NCBI GenBank assembly: GCA_040954595.2
Contig: CM082595.2
Coordinates: forward strand, 7,856,317 to 7,920,316
Direction: 5' to 3'
From: Balanoglossus misakiensis
Lineage: Eukaryota > Animalia > Hemichordata
DNA length: 64,000 nt
The position numbers and the translations under genes are program-made. This document shows positions 39,700 to 53,230 of this stretch, piece after piece (the first letter of the stretch is position 1; each line of letters opens with the position of its first letter). Below the pieces are notes generated by a model. It was not told the origin of the DNA, searched no databases, and saw only the letters and a program-made list of their open reading frames with translations.

Positions 39700-42600
39700 G
39701 TACACCTCGCTCGTCTAACGGCTCGTGCTATTTATCGTGAATTGTACCCAAATTGTACCCCCCTTTCGAATATGCCAGTAAGCTATATCGTTGCATTGTT
39801 ACGTTATGTAGCCATTACTCAAACATGCTTGAATTGATTCCATTTCAACATAAAGGACTATTCAAATATGCTGCACATTTACAGACATTTTAAATAATTG
39901 CATTCACATCGAGTATGAGTGCAGTGTACTATATATGATGTACGTACACGTATGCTCTACACGATCTCTAACTTTCAATAGAAACATTTTCAGAGCCAAA
40001 TGTCTTACATGTTATTTCCTTCTTCGATATTTTCTTTCACTGTTGCCCATATTGATAAATCAATACTATGCCGATTTGCCGATGGCGATGACTTGTTTGA
40101 TCTATAATGATATCGCATTTAATTCTGCAAATGTTGTTATTTAAAAATGATATCTATCTTTCTGAAATTTAAATAAACAAAGTAGTATGTAAAATATTAA
40201 CATTTGCGTATTTGTTAGGATACCTACACATAATCAAAATCGTGACATGAAAAATGACGATCATTCTATAGTTAGTGTATTAATTGAAACTACAATAAAC
40301 GAACTAACCATTGTAAATTTATCACAGGAATATATGGTTATGGCAAAATAACCTGATGCATGTAAAACAGACAAATAACCTTACATTTAAACTAATTGGC
40401 CATAAGTTCAAAACGTCATGATATTGACACAATAACTTTATACACATCGGGAATACATACTTGATTCGTCATTATGAGATTCATGCACAATCGTTTTGAG
40501 ATACGATACACGTGCAACTATGACGTCACTTTACATTAGGGTAACTTAGAGATCAATGTGATCTATTTTTTTATAATTTACATTACATGTATGTGTGTAT
40601 ACCTTCTGTAAACAAAGGTGCCGCAAAGCGCTTCAAGAATCCAATGCTAAGTTTAGGTAGCTTGTACATGCATGTGCTACGGTGTTAGCAAAACATTTTA
40701 CCATGGAGCGTCATTCTTCATTTGAATGAAAGCAATTTTCAGCCTTTGGTAAACACACAAACGCGCACTGAACTTGCAAAATATCTAAGAGGAAACTGCT
40801 CATTGCCTGCTGCCTTTCTGCAGATTATTGTCTACACTACTTGAAAGGCCAACATTAGCATCACGAGTCATGAAGTATAGCAACAGCGGATTTGATGGTT
40901 TGTGGTGTAAATATTCGGAAGGTGGTTTTCATGCCGCTATAACACGCGTGTATTCTAATTCAATTCCATGACCATGCGAAGTCGAAATTAATAGCATCGA
41001 GCCGTACGTGCATAAAAGGTCAGATTCTCGTGATACGAATTGTGCAGATAAATGGTGAATCTATCGATGCATTACCAACTTAATCAAGATAATACACGTA
41101 CCTACATGAGCACAACGGTGTAATTCTTTTGTTGGACAAACGTGTTTGGCAGCAGTGGCGTCTATCCTAAACGACGCCATAAGGTATTTTACTTTGGAAT
41201 GTCTTATTTTTCCAACACGTAACATTAAACGCTTCTGACTTAAAGCATTTCGTGGGATTACCCCACCTCATCATACGACATGAGTGTTAAAAGCGAATGT
41301 CTTAAACATAACGAAATACAAAACCTTACGATATACATATCAGCACGAGATTGTTTTGAAATACAATACAATGTTGACATTACCTCCATACACTGTAGCA
41401 GGTATGTACACAGTAAAGGTTAGCTACGACGTTCATCAATATCGCGAGACATCTGCCAATGACGTTAACTCTTCATTGCGGCGCTGAATATCCCCGAAGT
41501 GAAGGAGAAGCTAAATTCTCTCTGATATCACGTCCGTTTCATCAGTTATGGATTTGGAATCGCAGCATGTCTCCTCTGGTTCGGCTTCACTGATCGTGTC
41601 TCTCGGCTCCCCGATGAAATAACACAATTTCACCCAGTAACTCTCGACTACATACGGTGGCACTCTCAATTCGGCCGAGTTGCCATAACGACATGGCTTT
41701 AAAATACCCGGATGGTCTTTTTCTGTTTTTCTTATGACGCTTTTACGTCCAACAGCATAGGCCCTGGGGAATTGTAATGGTATGTTTACGGAATAGAACT
41801 GTGTCAGCTGAGCGATTGGTATCGTCGGTATCGACTTGATGTCCATTATATGATGTATAACAGACTGTTACTAAATATTGTCACAAAACATAAAATATGA
41901 AATAATATAGTGATGTCTATGGTCGTCCAACGCTGCCGCTGATAAAATACTGGTTATTTGTTGTTGTAAGTGAAATATTGAAAAAAAATATACGAACTAA
42001 ATTAAAATGATTAAACTTAAAACACAAAAAGGAATAAAAAAAAAACTAAGTGAAAGCATATTACATTTCAAACATAAAAATATAATAAAATTGAAAAATA
42101 ATTTAAAACAAAATCAAATCAAATCAAATTAAATTTAAATTTTAAAAACTTGAAATAAAAATTACACTTGAAAAAAAAACTTTCTTTCGGGCCTATCCCA
42201 TATACCATAATGCAGTGCGACATGCAGTTGCCTTGTGCGTGCGAGCCGGCGTCGTACTTCCATGTAAATAGATCTTGCCTGTATATGGGGGCTAGGATGA
42301 ACCGGCAACGGACACGTGGCGGTAAAACTTTCATCGACATTTTGGATTTCATCCCCTAGATCGACGAATCCCACACCACGCGGCAGGACAACTGGTAGGC
42401 GTACGGTTAGGTAAAATGGGTAGTGGGGCCCCGGAGGGCGGGCAGGTCCTACTTGGCTATCATCGATTTAGAGGTCCTCGTGAACTGAATCACCGTCCCA
42501 GCACCACTGTGATCTCGTGTAGGCTGCAATATGGTACCTGGAAAGTTGGGCGAGGACAAACTGAATGGAGTGTAGCCAGCTTTAGGGAGATGCTGGGCAC

Positions 42601-43149
42601 TGGCGCCTGCAGTTAGATAAATGCGTACTGTAGCATCATGTCAACGATGCATGCATTCTGATGCAGTGAAGAAAACACTGTTGACAAATATGGTTTGCAA
42701 ACGTTTCAGTTACCGACTGTGGTCCCTAACCTGAAATTAACGATTGGGGTTTTGATCCAGTTCTCCCCATGTTAACTAGCTGTGGAAACACAGCTGTTCG
42801 GCCGGCGGAAAGGATTTATTTGGAGAATTAGCATATCCCCTCCCTCTGGCGGAACAGCTGCGTTTGCACAGCTATCCCCATGTGTGTTTGGGAAGAGAGA
42901 ACGAGAGCTGCGCCCGGAGCATAACGCATTCAAAACTAATTTCGGAATTCCACAGTCCCAAAATAACACCTTCCTCGTTTGAAACATTCAACATTGGCGA
43001 AGGAAAAGGAATTAAACGTTTATAAATATGACAATCGATTTTGTGTTTGTAACCCTATAATTTGTGCCACGCATTTGCAAAAGTGTGTGATCAGTGTAAA
43101 TTTCAGTGGATTTTTTTGGGGGAAAAACAAATCTGTGAAAAATACCAAT

Positions 43150-45146
43150 TTCAAAATAGATTGGAAATTCTTTGTCCTCTGGTGATAAAATAAACGTCAT
43201 TTGTAGCAAAAAGAAATGACTGTACTGCATACAGCAATAGTAAATTTTGCAACACTTTACCACAGAAGTCAAAATACTGTCAACACCATATTTCTTTGAT
43301 GCCAGTGACACTTTATCTCAAAAATTGTAACAACGTCACAATTTAGTAGACAAAGAGGCGCCTCCCATCCCAATTGCGCAGTTGAAGTAGTGCGTGTTGA
43401 GAGAGAGTGAACAGAAAGGGGTGGAAGATTCGAGCACGGACGACGAGAGTTGTTTAACTTGTCGAATGCTGCTCTACGAAGCTCGTAGTTACCTTCTGAC
43501 CGGGACATTTGCGCTTAAACGGACTGGGTTCCTTCCGATGGGTTCTTGCCGATTGCCGCACGCCGGCGGGTATGAAAGTGTAAGACGTCGATCCACCGGC
43601 CGACAGCACCGCTCCCAACATGACCAGCTCCACGCCACTATGAGCTGCACCGCGGTCGGATATCCCACCCCGGCTGCCGGACAGCATATGAAGGTGTCTG
43701 AGGCCTTTTCTAGTCAAAGTGTACACGTTTAAAACTTTGGGGTTTTCGGAATGGAAATAGCGGAACAAGAACACGGATTTGTACTTATCATGAACGCCAA
43801 ACAAACACGTTGAAAAAGCCAGATCTGAAAAAAATCCGCTGGGCGCGATGACGCGCCGACGTTATTTTTGCAAACAATGTAACCTGTCACGCTGAGTTCT
43901 TATTTTTTGCTGCCACAAACAAGTTCATGCGTAGGTCGAGAAAGTTCTTAAGCGGCCGGGTGATCGCTGCAAGGTTAGCGGCGGCCTCGCACGCCCGAAT
44001 TTGCCACAAAACTATCAGTCCACACAGCGATGCGGTTCAAACTCTTCCGTTGTATTTCATTTCAACAACACAAATTCAGAATACAACACGGCAGTTTTGG
44101 TACGTCGTCTCTATATCCTACACTGCTAATTCTCATCTCAATCGTCTCTCTTCGCAATACGTCGATTCTCTAAAAGAAAGTTCAACAGACGGGATACACT
44201 GCAACCCGCAGAACTAGCAATTCACGTCTCTGCTTCAAAGGAATATACCGACCTGAAGTGGGGGGAACCCAGTCCGTTCAAGCGTAAATGTCCCGGTCAG
44301 AAGGTAACTACTAGCTCTGCGTACAGGTCTGTGTGTTCCTGGCGTTACACGGCCTCCACCACTCGCGTTTGATTCATTTTTGTGTGTTTACATGTTGAGA
44401 TCGTCATATTAAATATAAGGCTTACAGCGAGTTTATCTCCATGGGTAAACCAAACAGTTTTAGAAAGCGAGCGGTTCGGACGTTAGGACAAGTTATCGCA
44501 TCATATTTGGAGTCGGTTTGGGGGCAGAAGTAGACAGGGACAGGATTTGGTTCGATAAAATCGAATTTCGGCCGAAAAAGCTGCGGTCCGGATCCGGACC
44601 GCAGAAGCACCGGTTTTTTCTATGGCGCCTTGCAGAGCTGTGGTGGAGGCCGTGTAACGCCGGGAACACACAGACCTGTACGCAGAGCTAGGTAACTACG
44701 AGCTTCGTAGAGCAGCATTCGACACGCTAAACAACTCTCGTCGTTTGCAACACGCCATTTTATTCCATGTCCACGTTATGTCGGACAAACGATTTCTGAC
44801 GGTTCGACAGACGGTGGGTATTGACACGTCTGCTTGCGAAAATTCCGCCAATTTTTGTTGAATTTCTTCGTATGAAATCGAAGGAGTTTGTCGTTTTTAA
44901 TACTCGATATATTGCTCTTCATCATTACGAAGTTTCCTTGGTTGTCAGTGCAAAACATCCTCATACAAGGTTCAGAGTAGACTACAGACAATCTCACAGT
45001 GGGATTACGAACGTTTGAAACGGTAACTTTGTTGCAAAATAAACAAAGTGCGGTATTCAGTTTCATGAACTTAGACGTTTTATCTTATCGTGGGAGACAT
45101 TTATTTTATCACCAGAGGACAAAGAATATCCAAGCTATTTTGAAAT
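43150..45146. mobile_element. Foldback-like element with long inverted arms
   Basis: 43150-43198 is inverted at 45096-45146. 43438-43533 is inverted at 44263-44743 once the nested insertion is removed. Confidence 0.65.
44312..44690. mobile_element. Non-autonomous TIR element with TAG...CTA termini and 9-bp TSD (AcademH-like)
   Basis: TSD GGTAACTAC at 44303-44311 and 44691-44699. 51-bp TIRs with one mismatch. The uninterrupted target is visible in the opposite foldback arm (~43480-43505). Confidence 0.85.
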
Positions 45147-46931
45147 TACACCAATAAATGAAAAAAAAAAATCAGCTGAACATTTTCTTAAAACAAGAAA
45201 GTTCAGCCAATTCTTTAGAGAAAATGTATGAACATTTCCAAGAAATTACTGTTTTGTGTGCTGGTGAACTTGAACGACAAATTATTATACAGTTGCTACA
45301 AGGTGATGTCTGTTGAATAACATTAATTAATAGGAAATTCTGAAATTTATCAGAAATTCCGAAATTAGTTTGGAACGTGCTATATACATTACCATGCTTG
45401 GTCATTTTGATAAAATATGGCCAACATTTTTGCATGTTCACGCATATTTTTGATTAAGGAATTCAAATGTTACACTAGTCCATTTGTCCGAAGGCAGAAA
45501 CAACGAAATGTATGGTAAAATGCAAATTACATTAATTTGGCAGGATCAAGCACTGGAACAATAAAGTGTATGGATAACTTAGCATAAACGAACACAGAAT
45601 AAAAAAATTCGAGTTTTTTTTTTTGGTTTGAACGAGAACTGCACTCACGAACGGCCTACCGGCTTCTCCGTCACGTTTTCATCAAGAGAATACCCCCCTT
45701 TCCACAGACAAATGGCATGACGTGATACAGCTGGACTTGCAAAATATGCGAACGAACGCGGAAGTGACTGATGGCGCAATCTACAACTGCACGGCCCGGC
45801 CCAGCGCGCGCGGCAGGCGATCGCACGACTCCGTTGCTAACCAGGACAGACGCGCTCGTATACAATGTATGTTAGGAAGGGTATGCAATCGCTCTCATGG
45901 AGTCTGGCGACGTGCGTTACCAAAAAGGGGGACAGGGGGGACACTTTGTTCTACGGAGCAGAGTGCCAATAGTCAATAATTTTCATTTTTGCTTAGAATG
46001 TGTCTTGAAAAGTGTTGGATTAATCATGAATAAAAAAAAGGAAAACGTGAAAATTACAACAAATCCGTATACAAAACCATTGCGAATCCGGTGACCGGAA
46101 GTGCCGTGTTCGATCGCCGGGTTTTATATCATGTGTATGAAACTATGCGTGAGCTCAGCTTAGCTCCTCAAAGTCATGGTGGACGTTGTTTATGTGCATC
46201 ACTGTACTGTTAAATATGATAGCATTTTTATTCATGAAAACAGCATGTCCTACGTATACCTTGTAGAGCGAAATTTGCGACATCGCCCAAACGCCATTTT
46301 ACGTCGGTAACGCACGTCCCCAGGACAAGTGACACTTTTCGATCAATAATTTCTTGAATGTTCGACCGACTTTTGAAAAATGAAACGCCAGATATTAGGT
46401 TTCTATCTTATCTAAAACGCATACTCTAATTTGGTAGCGATTCTCTTCGTAATAGTTGCCAAATGGCGGTGGGCTGAAGATGCGTTTCATACCCTGTATT
46501 TTTGTACCTCACGTATACACAGGGTAGATCAGTCGCGGGCGCGCACGCATGCGTACACATCGCCTTTACTGTTCAAGACGAGATCGCACATAATATACGG
46601 TGCCTAGTGTAAGAGGTACGCGTACGGGGTGGTTTTGCACATAAAGTTAACACTGATGACCCAGCTTTATTGCAGTTCTCGTCCACACCAAACAAACCCA
46701 CGAAATATTTTATTCTTTGTTCGTTGAGGACGTCGCGTTTATGGCTACATTTCATGCAATCAACTGGTCTGACGTGCTACATAATGTTGTGCCGTCACAG
46801 TGGGTACACAACAGTTGTCATTGACGGGAAAAGTTACTTTGTGAAATATTTATGAAAACATTTGTAAAAGATAATGAATTTTTCACATTCACTCGCGGAC
46901 AGCGCGATGACGCCCCTGCAGTGCACATAGA

Positions 46932-46943
46932 CGGAAGTGACGT
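46932..46943 (+). promoter_or_regulatory. ETS-CRE composite motif CGGAAGTGACGT in a CpG-rich patch
   Basis: Exact motif present, with further CGGAAGTG cores near 45759 and 46096. No associated gene identified. Confidence 0.35.
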
Positions 46944-48110
46944 AGGGGCCTAGAGTGCTGGGAAAAGTCTGCAGGGTAAACCGGTTCACAAATTGTGTAG
47001 ATGTGTACGACAAACTTTCCGTAACTGGAAATGGTGAATTTTACACAAACAACGTGGAAATTATTTGTAACATTATCAGTATGAAATACCAGTAGTGAAA
47101 TCACTTCTGACTCAAGTAGCAGTGGACTGACCAGGCCAGATTGAGGTCTCTACGATACTTCAGCCTATTAGTAACAGGAGGCTTAATCATTCCATTCAAT
47201 TATTGGAACCTTCTCCAATATACATATTAGGTTAGTGCTACACACTTACGTCTACTTCACATAGGCATGCACAGGTTACATTTTAAGAATAGACCCACCC
47301 AAAGTGTGTCAGTAGTTATCTATGTCTCACCTGAAAATCCAACATTTTTCCCTATACATTACTATGTATAAATACTAAATTGTCAAGACCCACATAAAAA
47401 ATCAAGAAAAGGGAGCTTGTGTTCTGTTTTTTTCAGGTTAATACAGAAAAAATTATCTCTATTCTGGGATATCTTCATATAAAATATATTCAAATAGGAA
47501 GTCATCAAAAAAATTACATGAAAAAAGATGGGTGCCCCATAGGTTAAACACAGGGAAAAACATGTGTCATAGGTTAAACAATTTAAAAGTATGAAAACAT
47601 AGGCTTTCAGGCATAACATTTTCAGAAATTGTTAAAGACATGACACAAGACTATATAAAAAAATTGAAGTTGTTTCCCGCTCATTAATGCCATAAACTAC
47701 AGGGTCAAAATAGGTCAATTTATACATCTCCTATACACAAACACACACATATTCATATATCAACATATCTAGCTCTATGGTCAAATTATGTAATTTATGA
47801 TAAACACACATCATGTATTAGTGTAACATACAATAATTCACAATGACAACTTACCTTATTGCTGTTCTGCCTTTCCCCTTCTTTCTTGGTTTTCAACTTC
47901 TCTCAGGTTTTCATTGTGTGTTTATTTCTCTTCGTAGCTGATATTTTGTGTGATTCAACTGCTCTACCAAAGGCGCTTGCGTAAAATATATAGCAAGCAT
48001 TCCTCGGATACAGAAATTAGACACACAATGTTTTATTCTCTTTGTGTCTTTCTTTCTTTTAAGCTGGAAAATAATAATGATCATGTTTGTGCATGCCTGT
48101 GTAATGCCAG

Positions 48111-48143
<33 letters not shown>

Positions 48144-48225
48144 TTAACTTGTTCAAACTTGTTTAACTTGTTTGTGAATGTATGTATGTTTTGTCTGCAA
48201 TTTATTTTTACTCTGTCTTCATCTT

Positions 48226-49915
48226 CTATTTTCTGTAGAAACACCTTACACGATCCACTATCTGTTTAATGCTAAAACCATGCAGTTTCTTCTTGGCCTA
48301 CTCGTCCCAATCTAACATTTGGCGGACATGAGCAGCTGTTATCCTCCCTGCAGAAATCTGCTTCTTAAATTTGTAGAAAATCAGCGACACCTGTACTGGT
48401 GTAAAGGCTCTTCTTCCACTGAATACGTAAGATGTGGCAGTTGATTCCGGTTCGTCTTCTGTTCCTGCTTCTCCCTCTTCCACTTCACTGGTCCAGCTGG
48501 GCGGATCTGTAGTACTTTTGGCTTCATTGGATTTGGCTTCAGAAGATTTTGCTGTCAGTCCCTCTCTTAAGCCTCTGGTCTCCTCCAGCACATTTAATGT
48601 TTCCTCGACTGCATTCGATATTCTGTACATCTCGGGCTTGTTTTTCAGTACCATTGTCACCATGCTTTTTCTGCATATGGTCGTTGTCAGTCGTTTCTTT
48701 GATACTCCACTTGTCTGCCATGAAGTGTTCAGAAACCTGGCGAAAGAAGAATTCGTGTGTACTGTTCCATCGTACAGTGAGAATAGTGGCCTGGTTGGAG
48801 AGTCTCCGCCTGGTGTTCTCGGGAAGACGTCTCTTACCATTATGGTGGTCAATCGGTATAACTGCTTTCAATTGTGAAGTCCAGTCTTGCCGCTCCATGT
48901 GAGTTTGATGTTTTGTGCTGTGGTACAAGTACCACATGTTCGTTTTTTGTTTCAACTGCTTTCTTAAAATCTAGCACAGTTACATCCATCAATGCACCAG
49001 ACCTTTGTGCGGAGTCACATGACAGACACACCAGAATATATCCATTTATAATTCTAAACTGATCTTCTGAAATGGTCTCAGTTTTTCTTTCAGAGGCCAC
49101 TATCGTGTAAGTGTCCTGACCCATGTTTGAATTTTCATATGCCTTAAACTCCTCTGGAGTTACCAGCTCATACAGGACTTTGGTCTGAAATGCCGCGGTT
49201 CTCTGGTGCACCTCTCGTCTGTAGCTCCTTGTCCATTTTAATACCAGTGTGTTCATTTTAGCAGCAGCACTATTTGTCAGGAGCGGTGGCGTACGGCACT
49301 GGCAGAAATTGTAAAACATCCCAAAAGAAAATGAATATCTTCGGACGGTGCTAGCTTGAAGCTTCCCTTCCCTAAACTGCCGTTCAACAAAGCCCAAAAC
49401 CTTTTTTTTAATGCCCATGGCCTCAACAGACCCCAAATCGGCAAGGAGACGCCCCACTTGCTCCCTGTTCTGTTCGGCTGACCTCTTCGTTCTCCTCCCA
49501 CCATCGGCAGTCATCAGGTGTTCTTGAAAGGAGTCTAAGATGTTTCCCCCATCATCCGAATCGTCATCGCTGTCTGCTGGTCGAATGATCCTGCGGAATC
49601 TTCTTCTGGGTGTGGTAGTTTCAGGAGAGTCATCGCTGTCCGAAGTTGGTAATACCCTGCGATTTCTTTTTCGGGACTGGCCATGACATCTTCATCCGAT
49701 GACTCTCGGATAACTGGTATGATATTAACAACAGGTTCTGGTATTTGTGGGGGAGATGGCGGCCTTCGGGATTGTACTAGAACACGTCTCCTGCTGGTGG
49801 CCGCCTGTCTATCCGGGCTGTCTGGAGACTGTTCCCTTCGCTGTCGTCTTTCACGAAGTGACTTTCTCGTCTTGCTTCTAGGGCGATGATGCACTGATAC
49901 ATCCCTAGTCAGCAT
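48226..49915 (-). pseudogene. Intronless tyrosine recombinase (phage-integrase fold) pseudogene
   Basis: Three consecutive ORFs in different frames contain ASTVRRY...F (core-binding region), AQRSGAL (Arg), HKT (Lys) and TTTICRKS (second Arg box). Frameshifts near 49520 and 48850, premature TAG at 48298-48300. The His...Tyr box appears deleted. Confidence 0.75.
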
Positions 49916-49974
49916 CTCGAGCCTGTTTGTTTTTCTGAATTTTATTGTATACTAGGAGATAAAGCACAATACAG

Positions 49975-50097
49975 GACATATATGCACGAGCCGCAGGTTA
50001 GTACATAGGTGGGGTAAATGTTCTTATATCGAGTGGCTATTGGGATACCCAGCCTCGGCGAAAGGAGGGGGGGGGGGGTTATTGCTATTATTATATC
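49975..50097. repeat. Degenerate hairpin end of the 25590/35092 repeat family
   Basis: GACATATATGCACGAGCCGCAGG...GGGGTTATTGCTATTA matches the family loop and arm. Confidence 0.55.
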
Positions 50098-51782
50098 CAA
50101 TCTATTTTATTACTTTTTTAAACATTAAACATAAGAATGAGACGCACTTAAAGGCTTCTAGAGAGTGCTGTTTGGTCGTAACAGTGCTTAAATGAAATGG
50201 ACCCAGAACAAGCATTTTAACACTCTCCAGAAATATCCACACAATCAAAACACGGAAAGAATTGCGATAAGTTTCATATCACATCATGTCAAACCAATAT
50301 TACTTGAAGTGACAGAAAATATATCCTTATATCTGTGGCTTGGGCATTATCATCAGAGACCATCATTCCTCGTGCACGCTAAAAACCATCATGATATTAC
50401 CCTCGCTAACATGTGTTATTTAAATGATACACGGCCCAATTTTCGAGAAGTCTATCGTGTTGAAAGACAGAACTCATCCTGAGCACGAAAGTTCATATAG
50501 TGCAATTTGCACATAGTTATATATGGCTTGTGTTTGTTATCTGTATACAGAAAACGGATAAACATTTCAATTCAGTAAATAATGGGGTTGCATAGTATTG
50601 TTCTTCACATAAGCTTGGTGTTTTGTCAAGTAATTATCGGAATCTGGTGCTTAATAATCTAACGCCCCCGTCATGGGATGCATTCCATTTCATAATTGAT
50701 CAGTAGAACGTCATTTACAGCTCGCACAATGTTTCAGTATTGCCAAGCAAACTCGGGTGTCATTAGTTTGGAAATTAGTAGATATAGCAATCGGATGTTA
50801 GTTACTTTAGTTAGTAATACGTGTATTGTTGCCTTTTTCTGATCGGAAGTAATGTTGTTTTCAAAAATTGACAAGAGCGTCGCCGAAATGCTCATACTGA
50901 AAAAAAATCGAAATGTTATTACTACACATGGAGTGTTCCACCATCACCGACGAGAGAACCGGAGCTTACTGATTTACCAGCCTGTAATTTCCCAATGGCA
51001 TCACTCACGTCACTTAGAGAAGCAATGGCATTACTTTTTGAGACTGCAACTGTCTAGGGCAACAGGAATTTTCGGTCATCATTCGTGTTCACAAACTAGA
51101 TTACCCAATAATGGTTGCGCTACACTTAAGCTATATTTTCCATGCCAGTACAAACACTCACATTATTTGGGCGGACGAACGCATCCCCTTTACTGACCTT
51201 TAATATCAAATATTGTGTGTGGTTTATGTGAATAACATCTGCTTCCATTACATCGACACGACCATAACGCGTACTTAAAACGATCACGATTATGGCATTT
51301 AGATTCATTCAATGAGCCCTGTCTAGGTTTATTTTGAGGCACAGCATAATCTAAATAAATAATTGAGAAATAAATTATTTTTTTTCAAGTGGTCATACCA
51401 TTCAACTATTTCATACCTTGTGCATGTTCGGTACAAAGGATAGTTTGAGTGGCAGTAAAATATAAAATAAAATATAGCATTTTCGTAGAAATTATAAATA
51501 ATTCCAACATGATTGGAACTTGAAATGAATATTTTAAAAATATAATGCTTGTGTAGGAAGTTATGCCAGCAAGAAACCTGTCTGAAACAGCTGTGTATAC
51601 GTCAAGCTGCTTGAGCTTAAGCTAAACCACTTTACAGTTATTTCTGGTTAAGCGTCAGTAATGTAAGTGCGGTTACCTGAAGAAAGCATATCCATATCCT
51701 AGTAAAGTACTCAGGGAAAAGTGGCCAGACAAATTCATACTACACAAACCTTCATGGACTTAAGGTAATGGTCTACTCAAAC

Positions 51783-52128
51783 TTAAAGGGGACAAAGTCT
51801 CTCTCTAGCTGCCCTTTTTCATTAATTATGTTTGATACAAGACACTGTTTATGTTATTCTACATGTGGATACATATAGTAAATCAACGTTAGACCACACA
51901 GAACTTCCATCCTGTTTGTTGGATATGAGAGTAAAAATCTCGCCCAAAAATATAAATGGTAAACACCGATTATTCATTTTTGTGAGTTTTTTCACTCTCG
52001 TGTCTACAAGTGGGTGGAAGTTGTGTGTGGTTGAACGTTGATTCACTATATATCCACATGTACATCAACTTATATCAAACAAAATTAATGCAAACGGGGC
52101 AGCGAGAGAGAGAGACCGTGTCCCTTAA
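51783..52128. mobile_element. Palindromic TTAA-flanked MITE, copy 2
   Basis: Homologous to 10829-11182, with TTAA at both ends. Confidence 0.85.
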
Positions 52129-52340
52129 AAATATACCCGTTTTACGTTAAGTTAAATATTGTATTTATTGTTTTTTAAATCGAAAACAAGAGAAAAAAGT
52201 GTGTTCCCATCCTACTTTATGAGTTAAGTCAAATTTTGAGTCAGCACCTCTTGCATCCTCATATTATATAGTTTTCCTATGGTAAAAAATCTCTGTATCA
52301 AACAATTTAGTACAGTAACATAGTGTTTTATTTATATCAT

Positions 52341-52608
52341 TTAAGGATGTACGTTCAGTAAAAGCATTTTTCACCAATGGTTTGTCTATGGGCAAATTTT
52401 TTGACGCAATTTATCTCCAAATAGAGCGCGGTGACCCCTATATTTTATTTGACCAATGAATTTATATTTGTTGGATTGAGCTATGTGTAAAATTTCGTGA
52501 AAATGACAATAGTAGAAGTTTGTTTTCTAGCAATTTTCAATGTAATCCTATGGGAAAAAGACCGGGCGCGCACTGTTTCCGGTTTATGTTCTGCGCGTAC
52601 ATCCTTAA
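52341..52608. mobile_element. TTAA-flanked non-autonomous element (Kolobok-like), GGATGTACG TIR
   Basis: TTAA-GGATGTACG ... CGTACATCC-TTAA. The right half is homologous to 63689-63899. Confidence 0.75.
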
Positions 52609-53230
52609 TATATTACTTATATTTTGATACCTTTGTGAACATTTTAAGGAAATATTGTAACAGTGTTGTATCAAAATTCTACATGTAAGGATATGGAAAC
52701 CAGGCATTGCATCTAGGTGGTCCACTTCTGTAATACGATGGTGATCACTATACGTAGATAGACAACAGCTTAACCATATCAATTACTTAAGTAAACGAAT
52801 CCCCAGGCAATAAAGAACCTGTCAGAAATGAGGTAATTTTTTCTCATTAAAGAAAGTTTGCAATGACATGTCGGATAAGTAATTGTGATCAGAATTCCAA
52901 TCAGCGATAACCATAGTAACATCAATTGAACAAAAATTTTCGTTCAATCAACATAATGTTTACCGTAATCAACACGGGATTTGTCATAATTACTCACACA
53001 CGTTTGAAGGATTCCTACCATAGGCATTACCGTCAAACCCATTTAACGTTTAAATCACATATATTCCATTATTGATCGCCCCATTATACGAAGACAAGGT
53101 ACACATAATGAGCGATGCACTTTCCAGACTCTTCTGGGCAATTGCTTTAATTAAATCATTGGATACTACTAGATTTCAGTATTGTCATACATCAAGACAT
53201 GTTTTTGGGCAATATGTAGCGACTTTAACC

